A stretch of DNA of 45,909 bases from an uncultured Methylotenera sp. (GTDB lineage Bacteria; Pseudomonadota; Gammaproteobacteria; Burkholderiales; Methylophilaceae): assembly GCA_964422015.1 (NCBI GenBank), contig CAYQZK010000001.1:1-45909 (forward strand). Reading direction: 5' to 3'. Positions 21,550-33,128 of this stretch are shown piece after piece. Made by a program: the position numbers and the translations under genes. The notes below the pieces were generated by a model. It was not told the DNA's origin. It ran no database searches and saw nothing but the letters and a program-made list of their open reading frames with translations. How positions within the stretch are numbered: the first letter of the stretch is position 1; every line of letters starts with the position of its first letter.

Positions 21550-22965
21550 ATGAAACCGAACACCTCATTTAAACGAAATGTCGTAATGGCTTGTGCAGCC
21601 TTCACATTGACCGTCATAGCACAATCTACAATGGCAGAAACTGAATCTACTTTTATTGATTCAATCAAAAATGGTAAGTCAATGACCAATTTTAGGTTGC
21701 GTTACGAAAGCGTTGACCAAGAGGCCTTTCAAAGCGCCACACAAAAGTTAGATACTGCACATGCTTTTACGCTACGCAGTTTAATTGGTTGGCAAACAGC
21801 GCCATTTTATAATTTCAGTATTGCTGCACAAATTACCGATGTGAATGAGGTTAATGACAGTTTTAACGATAGACGCAATAATTTAACTGAAGCGGGTAAA
21901 AGCAATTATCCAAACATTGTTGACCCTGGGTTCACTGACATTAACCAACTTTATGTCGATTGGACTGGTATTAAAAACACCAAACTACGTTTAGGTCGTC
22001 AACAAATCAATCTAGACAACGTACGCTTTATTGGTGACATTGCCTTCCGTCAGAATATGCAAGTATTTGATGGTGTGTCAGTATTAAATAAAAGCATTCC
22101 TGATACCGAAATCTTTGCTGCTCATTTTGAGCAAGTGCGTCAAATTAATACCCAGCTACGTCAAGGTAATATTGATATCGTCAATGCGAAATATCGCATA
22201 TCCCCTAGTGAATCATTGGTTGGTTACGGGTATTTAATCGATGTTGCTAATTTGAGCCAAAATGGTGGCAACTCAAGTGTAGTTAGCAGTACTGCAACCC
22301 AAGGCGGCAATGGCTTAGGTGGTAGTAGTGATGCACCTGCATCTGCTACCAATATAAATCCCACGCAAACTGATGCGAGTAGCAAAACCTTCGGCGTACG
22401 TTTAGATGGTTTACGTAAAGTTAGTGATGATTGGAAAGTGCTTTACACCGCTGAATATGCAAAACAAGATGATTATGCAGGTGGCAGTCCACTGATTGAC
22501 GCACATTATTTCAAGTTGGGTGGTGGAGTGGCCTATGACGTTTGGTCGCTTCGAATCGACCAAGAAGTGCTTTCTAGCAAAGATGGCAAATATGCATTTC
22601 AAACACCATTGGGCACAAACCATCTATTTCAAGGTTGGGCAGATCACTTCTTAGCAACACCTCGTCAAGGCATTAAAGATACCTTTGTGACTTTTACCGG
22701 TAGTATCGAAAAAGCTAAACTGTATGCTGAATATCATGTATTTAAGTCAGAAGAAAAATTTCAATCTATTGGCAAGTTAAGCGACAATTACGGTACGGAG
22801 TTTGATGCAAGTGTGACTTATCCATTTGCAGCGAACATCACAGGCAAACTGGAGTACGCTAAGTTTATGGAAGATGATGTTTACGGTACAACAAAAGCAT
22901 CAACAAACGCAGCACGTAAAGGTGACAAAGAGGTCTTCTGGGCAACTGCGATGTACACGTTTTAA
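21550..22965 (+). CDS. alginate-export (AlgE-like) family outer-membrane beta-barrel
   Basis: Signal peptide, FRLRYESV, LGRQQINLDNVRFIG...RQNMQVFD, FQTPLGTNHLFQGWAD, C-terminal YTF. Confidence 0.8.
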   Translation: MKPNTSFKRNVVMACAAFTLTVIAQSTMAETESTFIDSIKNGKSMTNFRLRYESVDQEAFQSATQKLDTAHAFTLRSLIGWQTAPFYNFSIAAQITDVNEVNDSFNDRRNNLTEAGKSNYPNIVDPGFTDINQLYVDWTGIKNTKLRLGRQQINLDNVRFIGDIAFRQNMQVFDGVSVLNKSIPDTEIFAAHFEQVRQINTQLRQGNIDIVNAKYRISPSESLVGYGYLIDVANLSQNGGNSSVVSSTATQGGNGLGGSSDAPASATNINPTQTDASSKTFGVRLDGLRKVSDDWKVLYTAEYAKQDDYAGGSPLIDAHYFKLGGGVAYDVWSLRIDQEVLSSKDGKYAFQTPLGTNHLFQGWADHFLATPRQGIKDTFVTFTGSIEKAKLYAEYHVFKSEEKFQSIGKLSDNYGTEFDASVTYPFAANITGKLEYAKFMEDDVYGTTKASTNAARKGDKEVFWATAMYTF

Positions 22966-23047
22966 AGTATTAATAAAACTCTAGAAACGGACTTAACAAA
23001 TGTTTCAAGAGACTTCAACATAATCTAACCATTAAGATAATCAAATT

Positions 23048-23656
23048 ATGCAAAAACCAGCAATTACCCAAGTGGCCATCAACGATACAATTGCCAACCG
23101 TTGGAGTGGCCGGGCCTATGATGACAGTCAAGTTGTGAGTCATGAACAAATGATTGCGATGTTAGAGGCTGCGCGTTGGGCGCCTTCTTGCTATGGCGAT
23201 CAGCCTTGGCGTTTTGTGGTGTTAAATAAAAATACTGATCCACAATCTTGGCAGCAAGCTTTTGATTGCTTGTCACCTGGCAATCAAACTTGGGCAATTA
23301 ATGCACCGGTGTTGTTGGTGGTTTGTGCTGATAGCTTGTTTCAGCATAATCAGCAACCTAATCGTTGGGCACAGTATGACACAGGGGCCGCTGTAGAGAA
23401 TTTGTGTTTACAGGCGACTAGTATGGGGTTGATGGCGCACCAAATGGGCGGCTTTAATGCTGATGCAGCACGGCAAAGTTTTATTATTCCAGAGCAATAT
23501 ACGTTGATGGCAATAATTTCAATCGGTTATCCTGCACAAATCGAAACTTTGGAAGGTGAAGTTTTAACGCGTGAAACAGCTCAACGAACGCGTCGTCAAC
23601 TCAATGAGTTGTTCTTTGCTGGGCAATGGGGTCAACCGGTAAGTTCGAGTAAGTGA
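23048..23656 (+). CDS. nitroreductase family protein
   Basis: RWSGRAY, LEAARWAPSCYGDQPWRF, YDTGAA, HQMGGF, IGYP. Confidence 0.92.
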   Translation: MQKPAITQVAINDTIANRWSGRAYDDSQVVSHEQMIAMLEAARWAPSCYGDQPWRFVVLNKNTDPQSWQQAFDCLSPGNQTWAINAPVLLVVCADSLFQHNQQPNRWAQYDTGAAVENLCLQATSMGLMAHQMGGFNADAARQSFIIPEQYTLMAIISIGYPAQIETLEGEVLTRETAQRTRRQLNELFFAGQWGQPVSSSK

Positions 23657-23668
23657 TTCGAGTAAGTG
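23644..23668. repeat. 12-bp direct repeat at the nitroreductase stop
   Basis: TTCGAGTAAGTG-a-TTCGAGTAAGTG. Confidence 0.8.
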
Positions 23669-23751
23669 TTTAAAGTGCCTTAACTTAAATGGCAGCCTCT
23701 GCTAAACTTACGCTGTTTTTCAAATCTAATACATCAATTTAGGACATAGCT

Positions 23752-24117
23752 ATGGCAGTCGTTGCGCTCAATAAAGCGAATTTCAAAGAAACAATCGAAA
23801 ATAATAATTTTGTAATCGTTGATTTTTGGGCACCGTGGTGCGAACCTTGTGTAGACTTTACACCAACGTTTGAGGCAGCAGCGGCGGCTAATCCAGACAT
23901 CGTATTTGGTATGGTAAACACAGAAACTGATCCTGAAATTGGTAGCTATTTTGAAGTGAATCAAATTCCAGGCATTTTAGTTATTCGTGAGCAGGCTGGT
24001 ATTCATGCTCAGGTGGGTGAAATTGGTGCGCCAGCTTTTGATGAAATTATCAAGTGGGCACGTGACTTTGATATGACTGCGGTGCATGCTTATTACGCAG
24101 ATCAGGCAAAAAAATAA
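23752..24117 (+). CDS. thioredoxin family protein (WCEPC)
   Basis: VIVDFWAPWCEPC, QIP cis-Pro region; AGGA RBS. Confidence 0.9.
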   Translation: MAVVALNKANFKETIENNNFVIVDFWAPWCEPCVDFTPTFEAAAAANPDIVFGMVNTETDPEIGSYFEVNQIPGILVIREQAGIHAQVGEIGAPAFDEIIKWARDFDMTAVHAYYADQAKK

Positions 24118-24134
24118 TAGCGAATCTTTGTAAT

Positions 24135-24173
24135 AAAAAAGCGGCTTTCACGTGTGAATAAGCCGCTTTTTTT
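24135..24173. terminator. bidirectional intrinsic terminator
   Basis: AAAAAAGCGGCTT...AAGCCGCTTTTTTT between convergent genes. Confidence 0.88.
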
Positions 24174-24192
24174 AATTACAGCTTATTGATAA

Positions 24193-24558
24193 CTAGAGAC
24201 TTCCAGTCGTCGCCAGTCTAAATAAATAATAAGCCCCAAATGCCATCATGATGTACATAGGCAAATCACCGCCTTTAGCCATTTCTGATTTATTGGGTGA
24301 GGTAGTAATGCGGTTGATTAACCATAGAACCAAGATAATCACTGGGATGGCGAGCATGTTGGTGGTGGATTGAAATATCTTAGCTAATAAGGCTTTAAGC
24401 CAGCCATCATCACGAAATAGCTCCATCGCAATACCTACGATACCAATCAGCATTAATCCCATTCGAACAGCAGATAAAAAAACACTTAAACCACTTTCAG
24501 GTTGAATGTCTTTGTTTTTGCTGTATTTGTTGGGATCTATTTGTCTATTTTTAGCCAT
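24193..24558 (-). CDS. hypothetical membrane protein (3 TM)
   Basis: 121-aa ORF with GGGAG RBS and three hydrophobic segments. Confidence 0.8.
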   Translation of the reverse strand: MAKNRQIDPNKYSKNKDIQPESGLSVFLSAVRMGLMLIGIVGIAMELFRDDGWLKALLAKIFQSTTNMLAIPVIILVLWLINRITTSPNKSEMAKGGDLPMYIMMAFGAYYLFRLATTGSL

Positions 24559-24588
24559 ATCTCACTCCCTGCTCTTTAGAATATGTAC

Positions 24589-25590
24589 TTAATTTGCTGC
24601 CAAATACTTACTTGGATCAACAGATTTCCCTTGTCGGCGAATCTCAAAATGTAGCTTTACGGTGTTGCTATCAGTATTACCCATTTCTGCAATTTTTTCG
24701 CCACGGCCAATTTGCTGTCCTTCTTTCACTAGAATCTTGCTGTTATGTGCGTAAACAGAGAGATAGGTACTATTGTGTTTAATAATGACGAGTTTGCCGT
24801 AACCACGTAAATCTGAACCGCTGTAGATGACCTTGCCTGAGGCTGCGGCTTCAATGTCTTGACCAGATTTTCCTGCAATATCAATGCCCTTATTGCCAGC
24901 GTCATTAAAGTTGGCTATAACTTGGCCTTTGGTTGGCCATGCCCAATCCATGTCTTCTGCGGACTCTGCACTACTTTTAGTCTCAGGTTTAGCGTCTACT
25001 TTTGTTTCTGGCTTTGTTTCGGCTATTGGTTTAGTTGCTACTGGTTTGCTGGTTAGCGTTGGTTTTTCTGTTGGTTTAGCTGCGGGCAATGGTGTTTTAA
25101 AAGCCTCTTCACTATAGGGCTCACGTATGGCTTTTGGTTCGCTAATAGCAGCAACGGAGGGGACAACGGGAGTGCTAGTATTTGGTCCGTCATTGTTAAT
25201 CGGGTAAGTAGTAACACCATCTTCGTTGGGTTTGTTTTCTATTTTATTTTCAACGTTAGGTTTATCTTTTAAAGCAGTGAATTTGAGCGTTTGCCCAACT
25301 TTAATGGTGTAAGGCGCGCTAATGTTATTGGCTTGTGCGATTTCTTTATAATCGTAGCCGTGCTCTAAACCAACACTGAATAGAGTGTCACCTTTTTTTA
25401 CGATATAGCTATCTGGGCGCCAATCTCCTGCTTTATAAGTTGGGCGGGAAGTGTTGGTTTTGCTTTGGGCGGCAGGTTTTGTAGAGGATGTTTTTTTAGT
25501 GGCTGGTAGTCTATCTATTACAGGTGCGGGCGGGTTGCTGTTACAGGCAGCCAAAAACAGTGTCATCAAGAAAAAACAAAGAAATTTCAT
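24589..25590 (-). CDS. nlpD: LysM/M23 lipoprotein NlpD
   Basis: Lipobox LAAC, LysM YIVKKGDTLF, Pro/Lys/Thr linker, M23 NKGIDI, YAHN, LHFEIR; follows surE-pcm. Confidence 0.92.
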   Translation of the reverse strand: MKFLCFFLMTLFLAACNSNPPAPVIDRLPATKKTSSTKPAAQSKTNTSRPTYKAGDWRPDSYIVKKGDTLFSVGLEHGYDYKEIAQANNISAPYTIKVGQTLKFTALKDKPNVENKIENKPNEDGVTTYPINNDGPNTSTPVVPSVAAISEPKAIREPYSEEAFKTPLPAAKPTEKPTLTSKPVATKPIAETKPETKVDAKPETKSSAESAEDMDWAWPTKGQVIANFNDAGNKGIDIAGKSGQDIEAAASGKVIYSGSDLRGYGKLVIIKHNSTYLSVYAHNSKILVKEGQQIGRGEKIAEMGNTDSNTVKLHFEIRRQGKSVDPSKYLAAN

Positions 25591-25592
25591 TG

Positions 25593-26264
25593 CTAACTAA
25601 CGCCACCTAGCAAGGGTACAAATTTCACTGGTTCTAGTTTTGTTTGGCGATATTCTGATTGTGAAACACGTTCAACCAGATTTAAGATTTGGTCGTCAGT
25701 ACCTACGGGAATGACTAAACGTCCCCCCACGGCAAGTTGCTCAAGTAAATCTTGTGGAATATGGCTGGCGGCAGCGGTAACGATAATAGCGTCAAATGGA
25801 GCTAAGTCTGGCAGTCCCATATTGCCGTCAGCATGGTCTAGTTTTACGTTCACGCATTTGAGTTCACGGAGATGTCCGCGTGCTTTCATGACCAGTGGGC
25901 GGATACGTTCAACCGAATAGACTTCTTTTGCTAACCTTGAAAGAACGGCCGTTTGGTAACCGCAACCTGTGCCGATTTCCAGAACTTTTTGTAAAGGCTG
26001 GCCATTTCTTAAAATCTCGGACATGCGTGCTACGATATAAGGCTGTGAGATGGTCTGACCGAAACCAATGGGCAGGGAAACATCTTCATAAGCACGAATC
26101 GAGAGTGCTTCATCAACAAATATATGGCGTGGAATCGTAGCAATGGCAGAAAGCACAACTTCGTCTTTAATGCCTTGTTCACGCAAACGGACTAACATAC
26201 GCTCGCGTGTACGTAGTGAGGTCATGCCGATGCCAGTTTGTGAGTTGGGTTTTAAAATGGCCAA
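25593..26264 (-). CDS. pcm: protein-L-isoaspartate O-methyltransferase
   Basis: [43 protein letters not shown]. Confidence 0.96.
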   Translation of the reverse strand: MAILKPNSQTGIGMTSLRTRERMLVRLREQGIKDEVVLSAIATIPRHIFVDEALSIRAYEDVSLPIGFGQTISQPYIVARMSEILRNGQPLQKVLEIGTGCGYQTAVLSRLAKEVYSVERIRPLVMKARGHLRELKCVNVKLDHADGNMGLPDLAPFDAIIVTAAASHIPQDLLEQLAVGGRLVIPVGTDDQILNLVERVSQSEYRQTKLEPVKFVPLLGGVS

Positions 26265-26275
26265 TTGATTAATCC

Positions 26276-27022
26276 TTATACGCTTTTTAGCCAGTCATTG
26301 ATTTCGCCTAATTGCGAGTGATTAGTTAAATCAACTTGAATGGGCGAGATGGAAACTTGATTGTTGGCCGTGGCGTAGAAGTCTGTGCCTTCGCCACCAT
26401 CGTTAGGCTGGCCAGCTGCACCTACCCAATATACGGTTTCATTGCGTGGTGTTTTAAGTTGCACAACGGGCTCTGCTTTATGGCGCTTGCCTAAACGAGT
26501 TACCACGCGACCTTGCAACTCATGGTAAGGAATGTCCGGCACATTAACATTCAGTAATGTAGTAGATGTAAATCCGGTTTTTTGAAAGTGTTCCACCAGT
26601 TCAACGGCTACTTTTGCCGCAGTTTCAAAATGAGTAGCGTTATGCTGCGTCATCGAAATGGCGATGGATGGAATGCCAAGCAAATAGCCCTCCATTGCAG
26701 CAGCCACCGTGCCTGAGTAAATCGTGTCGTCACCCATATTGGCACCATCATTGATGCCGCTAATCACCATGTCTGGCATTTCATCCATTAAGCCTGTAAG
26801 CGCAATGTGCACGCAGTCGGTGGGTGTGCCGTTGACATAAAAAAAGCCATTGGTGGCTTTTTTGACGCTGAGAGGGCGGTCTAAAGTGAGTGAGTTGCTG
26901 GCGCCACTACGATTGCGCTCAGGCGCCACTACGGTAATGTCTGCAAGTTTTGCAATGTGTGCGGCCAGTATGTTGAGCCCGGGTGCAAAATAACCATCAT
27001 CGTTGGAGAGTAGTATTTTCAT
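26276..27022 (-). CDS. surE: 5'/3'-nucleotidase SurE
   Basis: [48 protein letters not shown]. Confidence 0.97.
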   Translation of the reverse strand: MKILLSNDDGYFAPGLNILAAHIAKLADITVVAPERNRSGASNSLTLDRPLSVKKATNGFFYVNGTPTDCVHIALTGLMDEMPDMVISGINDGANMGDDTIYSGTVAAAMEGYLLGIPSIAISMTQHNATHFETAAKVAVELVEHFQKTGFTSTTLLNVNVPDIPYHELQGRVVTRLGKRHKAEPVVQLKTPRNETVYWVGAAGQPNDGGEGTDFYATANNQVSISPIQVDLTNHSQLGEINDWLKSV

Positions 27023-27048
27023 ACGAGGCTGACTAATAGTATTTTCAT
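27019..27048 (-). other. putative leaderless u[12 protein letters not shown] overlapping the surE start
   Basis: Minus strand reads TATAAT-ttaatt-ATG AAA ATA CTA TTA GTC AGC CTC GTA TGA; the TGA overlaps the surE ATG (ATGA). Confidence 0.45.
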
Positions 27049-27088
27049 AATTAAATTATAGTGTAAGACAGCTTATTTGGTGTGGTCT

Positions 27089-27441
27089 TCATGGTGTTTT
27101 AGTGCTTGTTTGTTCGCGAGTGAGGCGGGCGTAAAAAATAGCACAGAAGAAAAACAATACGGATAAGATAACTTCAGCAAAAGCCAGTTGTGCAGATAGT
27201 CCAATGTCAGACCAAGCGCGTACAACACCCTCCATAAAATAGAGCAATATAAACATACTTGCCCACTTGTAGGTGTAGCGTTTGCCGTGCAATATGCCAA
27301 ACAGTGGTAATAAAAGGGGTAATGTTTTTAATATTAATAGAGAGCCGCCTGGCTTAAAGGGTGCTAAAACAGTTTCCCATGCTAAGGTCAGTAATATCAG
27401 CGCAATCAAGCTGATAGAAGTGCCGAACTGTAACTTTTTAA

Positions 27442-27445
<4 letters not shown>
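27089..27445 (-). CDS. DUF2069 membrane protein
   Basis: AWE..LAP..PGGS, KTLPLLLPL.G, YTYKWAS..LLYF.EG; near wrbA. Confidence 0.85.
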
Positions 27446-30157
<2,712 letters not shown>

Positions 30158-30253
30158 CTATTGAATATTCCATAATTTTAACCTATTTAGTCCTGATGTT
30201 CTTGTTATGATTAAAGCGTAGAATGCATGGTGATTACATAATATTTGTCGAAC

Positions 30254-31774
30254 ATGACCATTATCAAACAAGAAGACTTTATTCAAAGCATTGCAGATGC
30301 TTTGCAGTACATTTCCTATTACCATCCTGTTGATTACATTCAGGCTTTAGGTCGCGCTTACGAGGTCGAAGAGTCGCCAGCGGCTAAAGATGCGATTGCA
30401 CAAATTTTAACCAATTCACGTATGTGTGCTGAGGGCAAGCGACCACTGTGCCAAGATACTGGCATCGTTGTAGCCTTTGTTAAAGTGGGTATGGGCGTGC
30501 GATGGGAATCGACGCTTGATGTGGAGCAAATGGTGAATGAAGGTGTACGTCGCGCCTACTTGTTGCCAGAGAATAAGTTACGCGCTTCAGTGGTGGCTGA
30601 TCCTGCCGGTAAGCGCACAAATACTAAAGATAACACGCCTGCCGTGGTGCATGTGTCCTTAGTGGCAGGTGATAAGGTGGAAGTAAGCATTGCTGCAAAA
30701 GGTGGTGGTTCTGAGAATAAGGCCAAGCTGGCAATGCTGAATCCTAATGACAGCATTGTGGATTGGATACTGGAAGTGGTGCCTACTATGGGTGCTGGCT
30801 GGTGTCCACCAGGAATGTTGGGTATTGGTATTGGAGGTACGGCAGAAAAAGCCATGTTGCTGGCAAAAGAGTCGCTTATGGCACCTATTGATATGCATGA
30901 ATTGCAAGCCAAAGGTGCTACTAATCGAATAGAAGAATTACGTTTAGAGATTTTTGAAAAAGTAAATAACTTAGGTATAGGTGCGCAGGGCTTAGGAGGC
31001 CTAGCAACAATACTGGATGTCAAAATTTTAGATTATCCTACACACGCGGCCAGCTTACCTGTGGCCATAATACCTAATTGCGCTGCAACACGGCATGTGC
31101 ACTTTGAATTGGATGGACATGGTGCGGCCGAGCTTGAAGTGCCTAATCTAGAGGATTGGCCAAAAGTGGACTGGGCACCTAGTGAGACTGCATTGCGCGT
31201 GAATTTGGATGAGATTACGCAACAAGAAATTCAAACTTGGCAGCCTGGCCAAACATTGTTGCTTTCAGGAAGGTTGCTGACAGGGCGCGATGCCGCGCAT
31301 AAGCGCATTGCTACTATGCTGGCTGCGGGCGAAAAGTTACCAGTAGATTTTACCAATCGTTTTATTTATTACGTAGGACCAGTAGATGCCGTGCGTGATG
31401 AGGCGGTGGGGCCAGCAGGCCCTACGACGGCGACACGTATGGATGATTTTACTGAAATGATGCTTAGTCAGACTGGATTGCTTGGCATGGTCGGCAAGGC
31501 TGAGCGGGGCGAGACGGCGATTCATGCAATAGCTAAACATCGGTCCGTCTATTTAACGGCTGTGGGTGGTGCGGCTTATTTGGTCAGTAAAGCTATTAAA
31601 AAAGCAGAAGTCATTGCCTTTGCAGATTTAGGTATGGAAGCTATTTATGAGTTTACTGTACAAGATATGCCGGTGACGGTGGCGGTAGACTCTAAGGGCA
31701 CTTCAGTTCATGTCTCTGGTCCTGCAGAATGGAAAGTAAAAATTGCGCAAGAATCGATACGATATGTGCCCTAA
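30254..31774 (+). CDS. class I fumarate hydratase (fused alpha/beta)
   Basis: PLCQDTG, KGGGSENK, GAGWCPP, NCAATRH, GRDAAH, GPTTATRM, LGMEAI. ATG 30254 is preferred over TTG 30245. Confidence 0.95.
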   Translation: MTIIKQEDFIQSIADALQYISYYHPVDYIQALGRAYEVEESPAAKDAIAQILTNSRMCAEGKRPLCQDTGIVVAFVKVGMGVRWESTLDVEQMVNEGVRRAYLLPENKLRASVVADPAGKRTNTKDNTPAVVHVSLVAGDKVEVSIAAKGGGSENKAKLAMLNPNDSIVDWILEVVPTMGAGWCPPGMLGIGIGGTAEKAMLLAKESLMAPIDMHELQAKGATNRIEELRLEIFEKVNNLGIGAQGLGGLATILDVKILDYPTHAASLPVAIIPNCAATRHVHFELDGHGAAELEVPNLEDWPKVDWAPSETALRVNLDEITQQEIQTWQPGQTLLLSGRLLTGRDAAHKRIATMLAAGEKLPVDFTNRFIYYVGPVDAVRDEAVGPAGPTTATRMDDFTEMMLSQTGLLGMVGKAERGETAIHAIAKHRSVYLTAVGGAAYLVSKAIKKAEVIAFADLGMEAIYEFTVQDMPVTVAVDSKGTSVHVSGPAEWKVKIAQESIRYVP

Positions 31775-31842
31775 GTCACAGAATAAATGGCACTTCTGAC
31801 TTTACTATGAGTCACAAGTTTAAGAATGTAAGGATGACTGTG

Positions 31843-32142
31843 ATGAATATGGTGAAAATTTTCAGGCAAGCAACGTGCTTTATGATTGCGATATATTTTT
31901 TCGCAAGCACTGCTGTTGCGGACACAGAAGCCAATAATGAGCCGCCATATCGTGGGCCTTCGGTTGAAGACAATATTGCGTTAATGGATACCGATAAAAA
32001 TGGCTTTGCAGATGTGCATGAAGTACGTGCATTTTTGGAATCGAAACACGGCAAAGAGTATGAAAGAGATATATTCGACCGGTGGGAATCTTCGTCTACT
32101 AGTAAAAGCTGCGGATCTTCATTTTCAAAGAGTTTGTATTAA
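31843..32142 (+). CDS. small secreted EF-hand protein
   Basis: AAGGA RBS before ATG 31843, signal peptide ending AVA-D, canonical loop DTDKNGFADVHE. Confidence 0.75.
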   Translation: MNMVKIFRQATCFMIAIYFFASTAVADTEANNEPPYRGPSVEDNIALMDTDKNGFADVHEVRAFLESKHGKEYERDIFDRWESSSTSKSCGSSFSKSLY

Positions 32143-32152
32143 TAAGCCAGAC

Positions 32153-32659
32153 TTATTTTGTATTAGGTTGGCTACTTTTCCATAGTAAGTAAACGCGGCA
32201 ATCAAACTCAAGTTGGTGGTAATTGGGTTCCATATGTTGGCAGAGCTGGTAAAACGCTTTGTCATGATTGCGCTCTTTTAAATGGGCAAGTTCATGCACC
32301 ACAATCATGCGTAAGAATTCAGCAGGTGATGTTTTAAAGAATGAAGAGATTTTGATTTCTTTTTTTGCTTTAAGTTTGCCGCCCTGAACGCGTGAAATGG
32401 CTGTATTTAGCCCGAGTGCATGATGGTCTATGCTCAGTTTGTTGTCGTAATGCACTTTGTCGAGTAGCGGGGTGTTGCGTAAGAACTCTTGCCGAATCTC
32501 GTTACTGTACTGATAAAGTGCTTTGTCGGTTTGTATGTAGTGAGGCTGTGGGTATCGCTGCGTAATGTAATCGCCCAGCATATCTTTGTCGTGCAACTGT
32601 TTAATTTTTTCTTGCAGATGCACTGGGTAATGCTGCAGATATTTAAGTGGCTGATGCAT
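32153..32659 (-). CDS. YgjP/DUF45 metallopeptidase-like protein
   Basis: LKYL..YP, TDKALY, SRVQGGKLKAK.EI, VVHELAHLKE.NHDKAFY.LC.HMEP. Confidence 0.88.
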   Translation of the reverse strand: MHQPLKYLQHYPVHLQEKIKQLHDKDMLGDYITQRYPQPHYIQTDKALYQYSNEIRQEFLRNTPLLDKVHYDNKLSIDHHALGLNTAISRVQGGKLKAKKEIKISSFFKTSPAEFLRMIVVHELAHLKERNHDKAFYQLCQHMEPNYHQLEFDCRVYLLWKSSQPNTK

Positions 32660-32694
32660 GTAATAAGACGTGAGGATGTGTTGTCTATACTAAG

Positions 32695-32724
32695 TAAAAA
32701 AGGAGGCATTTGCCTCCTTTTTTA
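32695..32724 (-). terminator. intrinsic terminator after fdxA and the cys cluster
   Basis: TAAAAAAGGAGGC-attt-GCCTCCTTTTTTA. Confidence 0.88.
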
Positions 32725-32739
32725 TTAAGATCGATTTAA

Positions 32740-33063
32740 TTATTCAATCAATAAATCACGTTTACCTGGCACGCCATTCATGGCTTCAGCATCTTCAAGC
32801 GCGGCTTTGCGAGAGGTGATTACTGGCCACACTTTTGCTAAGCGCGCATTTAATGCAATGTATTCCTGTTGGTCAGCAGGCACATCATCTTCAGCAAAAA
32901 TAGCTTCAGCTGGGCACTCTGCTACGCAAAGTGTGCAATCGATACACTCGTCAGGGTTAATTGCTAGAAAGTTAGGGCCTTCTACAAAGCAATCTACAGG
33001 GCATACATCAACACAATCAGTGAATTTGCATTGAATACAGTTTTCGGTAACGACATAAGTCAT
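32740..33063 (-). CDS. fdxA: 7Fe ferredoxin FdxA
   Basis: [26 protein letters not shown]...[12 protein letters not shown]. Confidence 0.95.
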   Translation of the reverse strand: MTYVVTENCIQCKFTDCVDVCPVDCFVEGPNFLAINPDECIDCTLCVAECPAEAIFAEDDVPADQQEYIALNARLAKVWPVITSRKAALEDAEAMNGVPGKRDLLIE

Positions 33064-33128
33064 TTGTTTGTTCCTTTACAGCTTTAAAAGCTAAAACGTT
33101 ATTTTAATGGATTTTTTGTGTGTAGATG

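Noticed and set aside
23644-23668. Direct repeat considered as an insertion target-site duplication or att site
   Set aside because: The copies are adjacent with no intervening element; more simply a local slippage duplication.
24960-25090. Repetitive KP/ETK-coding DNA in nlpD
   Set aside because: Ordinary low-complexity linker between LysM and M23 domains.
27073-27300. 75-aa minus-strand ORF overlapping DUF2069
   Set aside because: Alternative frame inside a well-supported gene.
30556-31023. 155-aa minus-strand ORF
   Set aside because: Antisense shadow of the fumarase gene.
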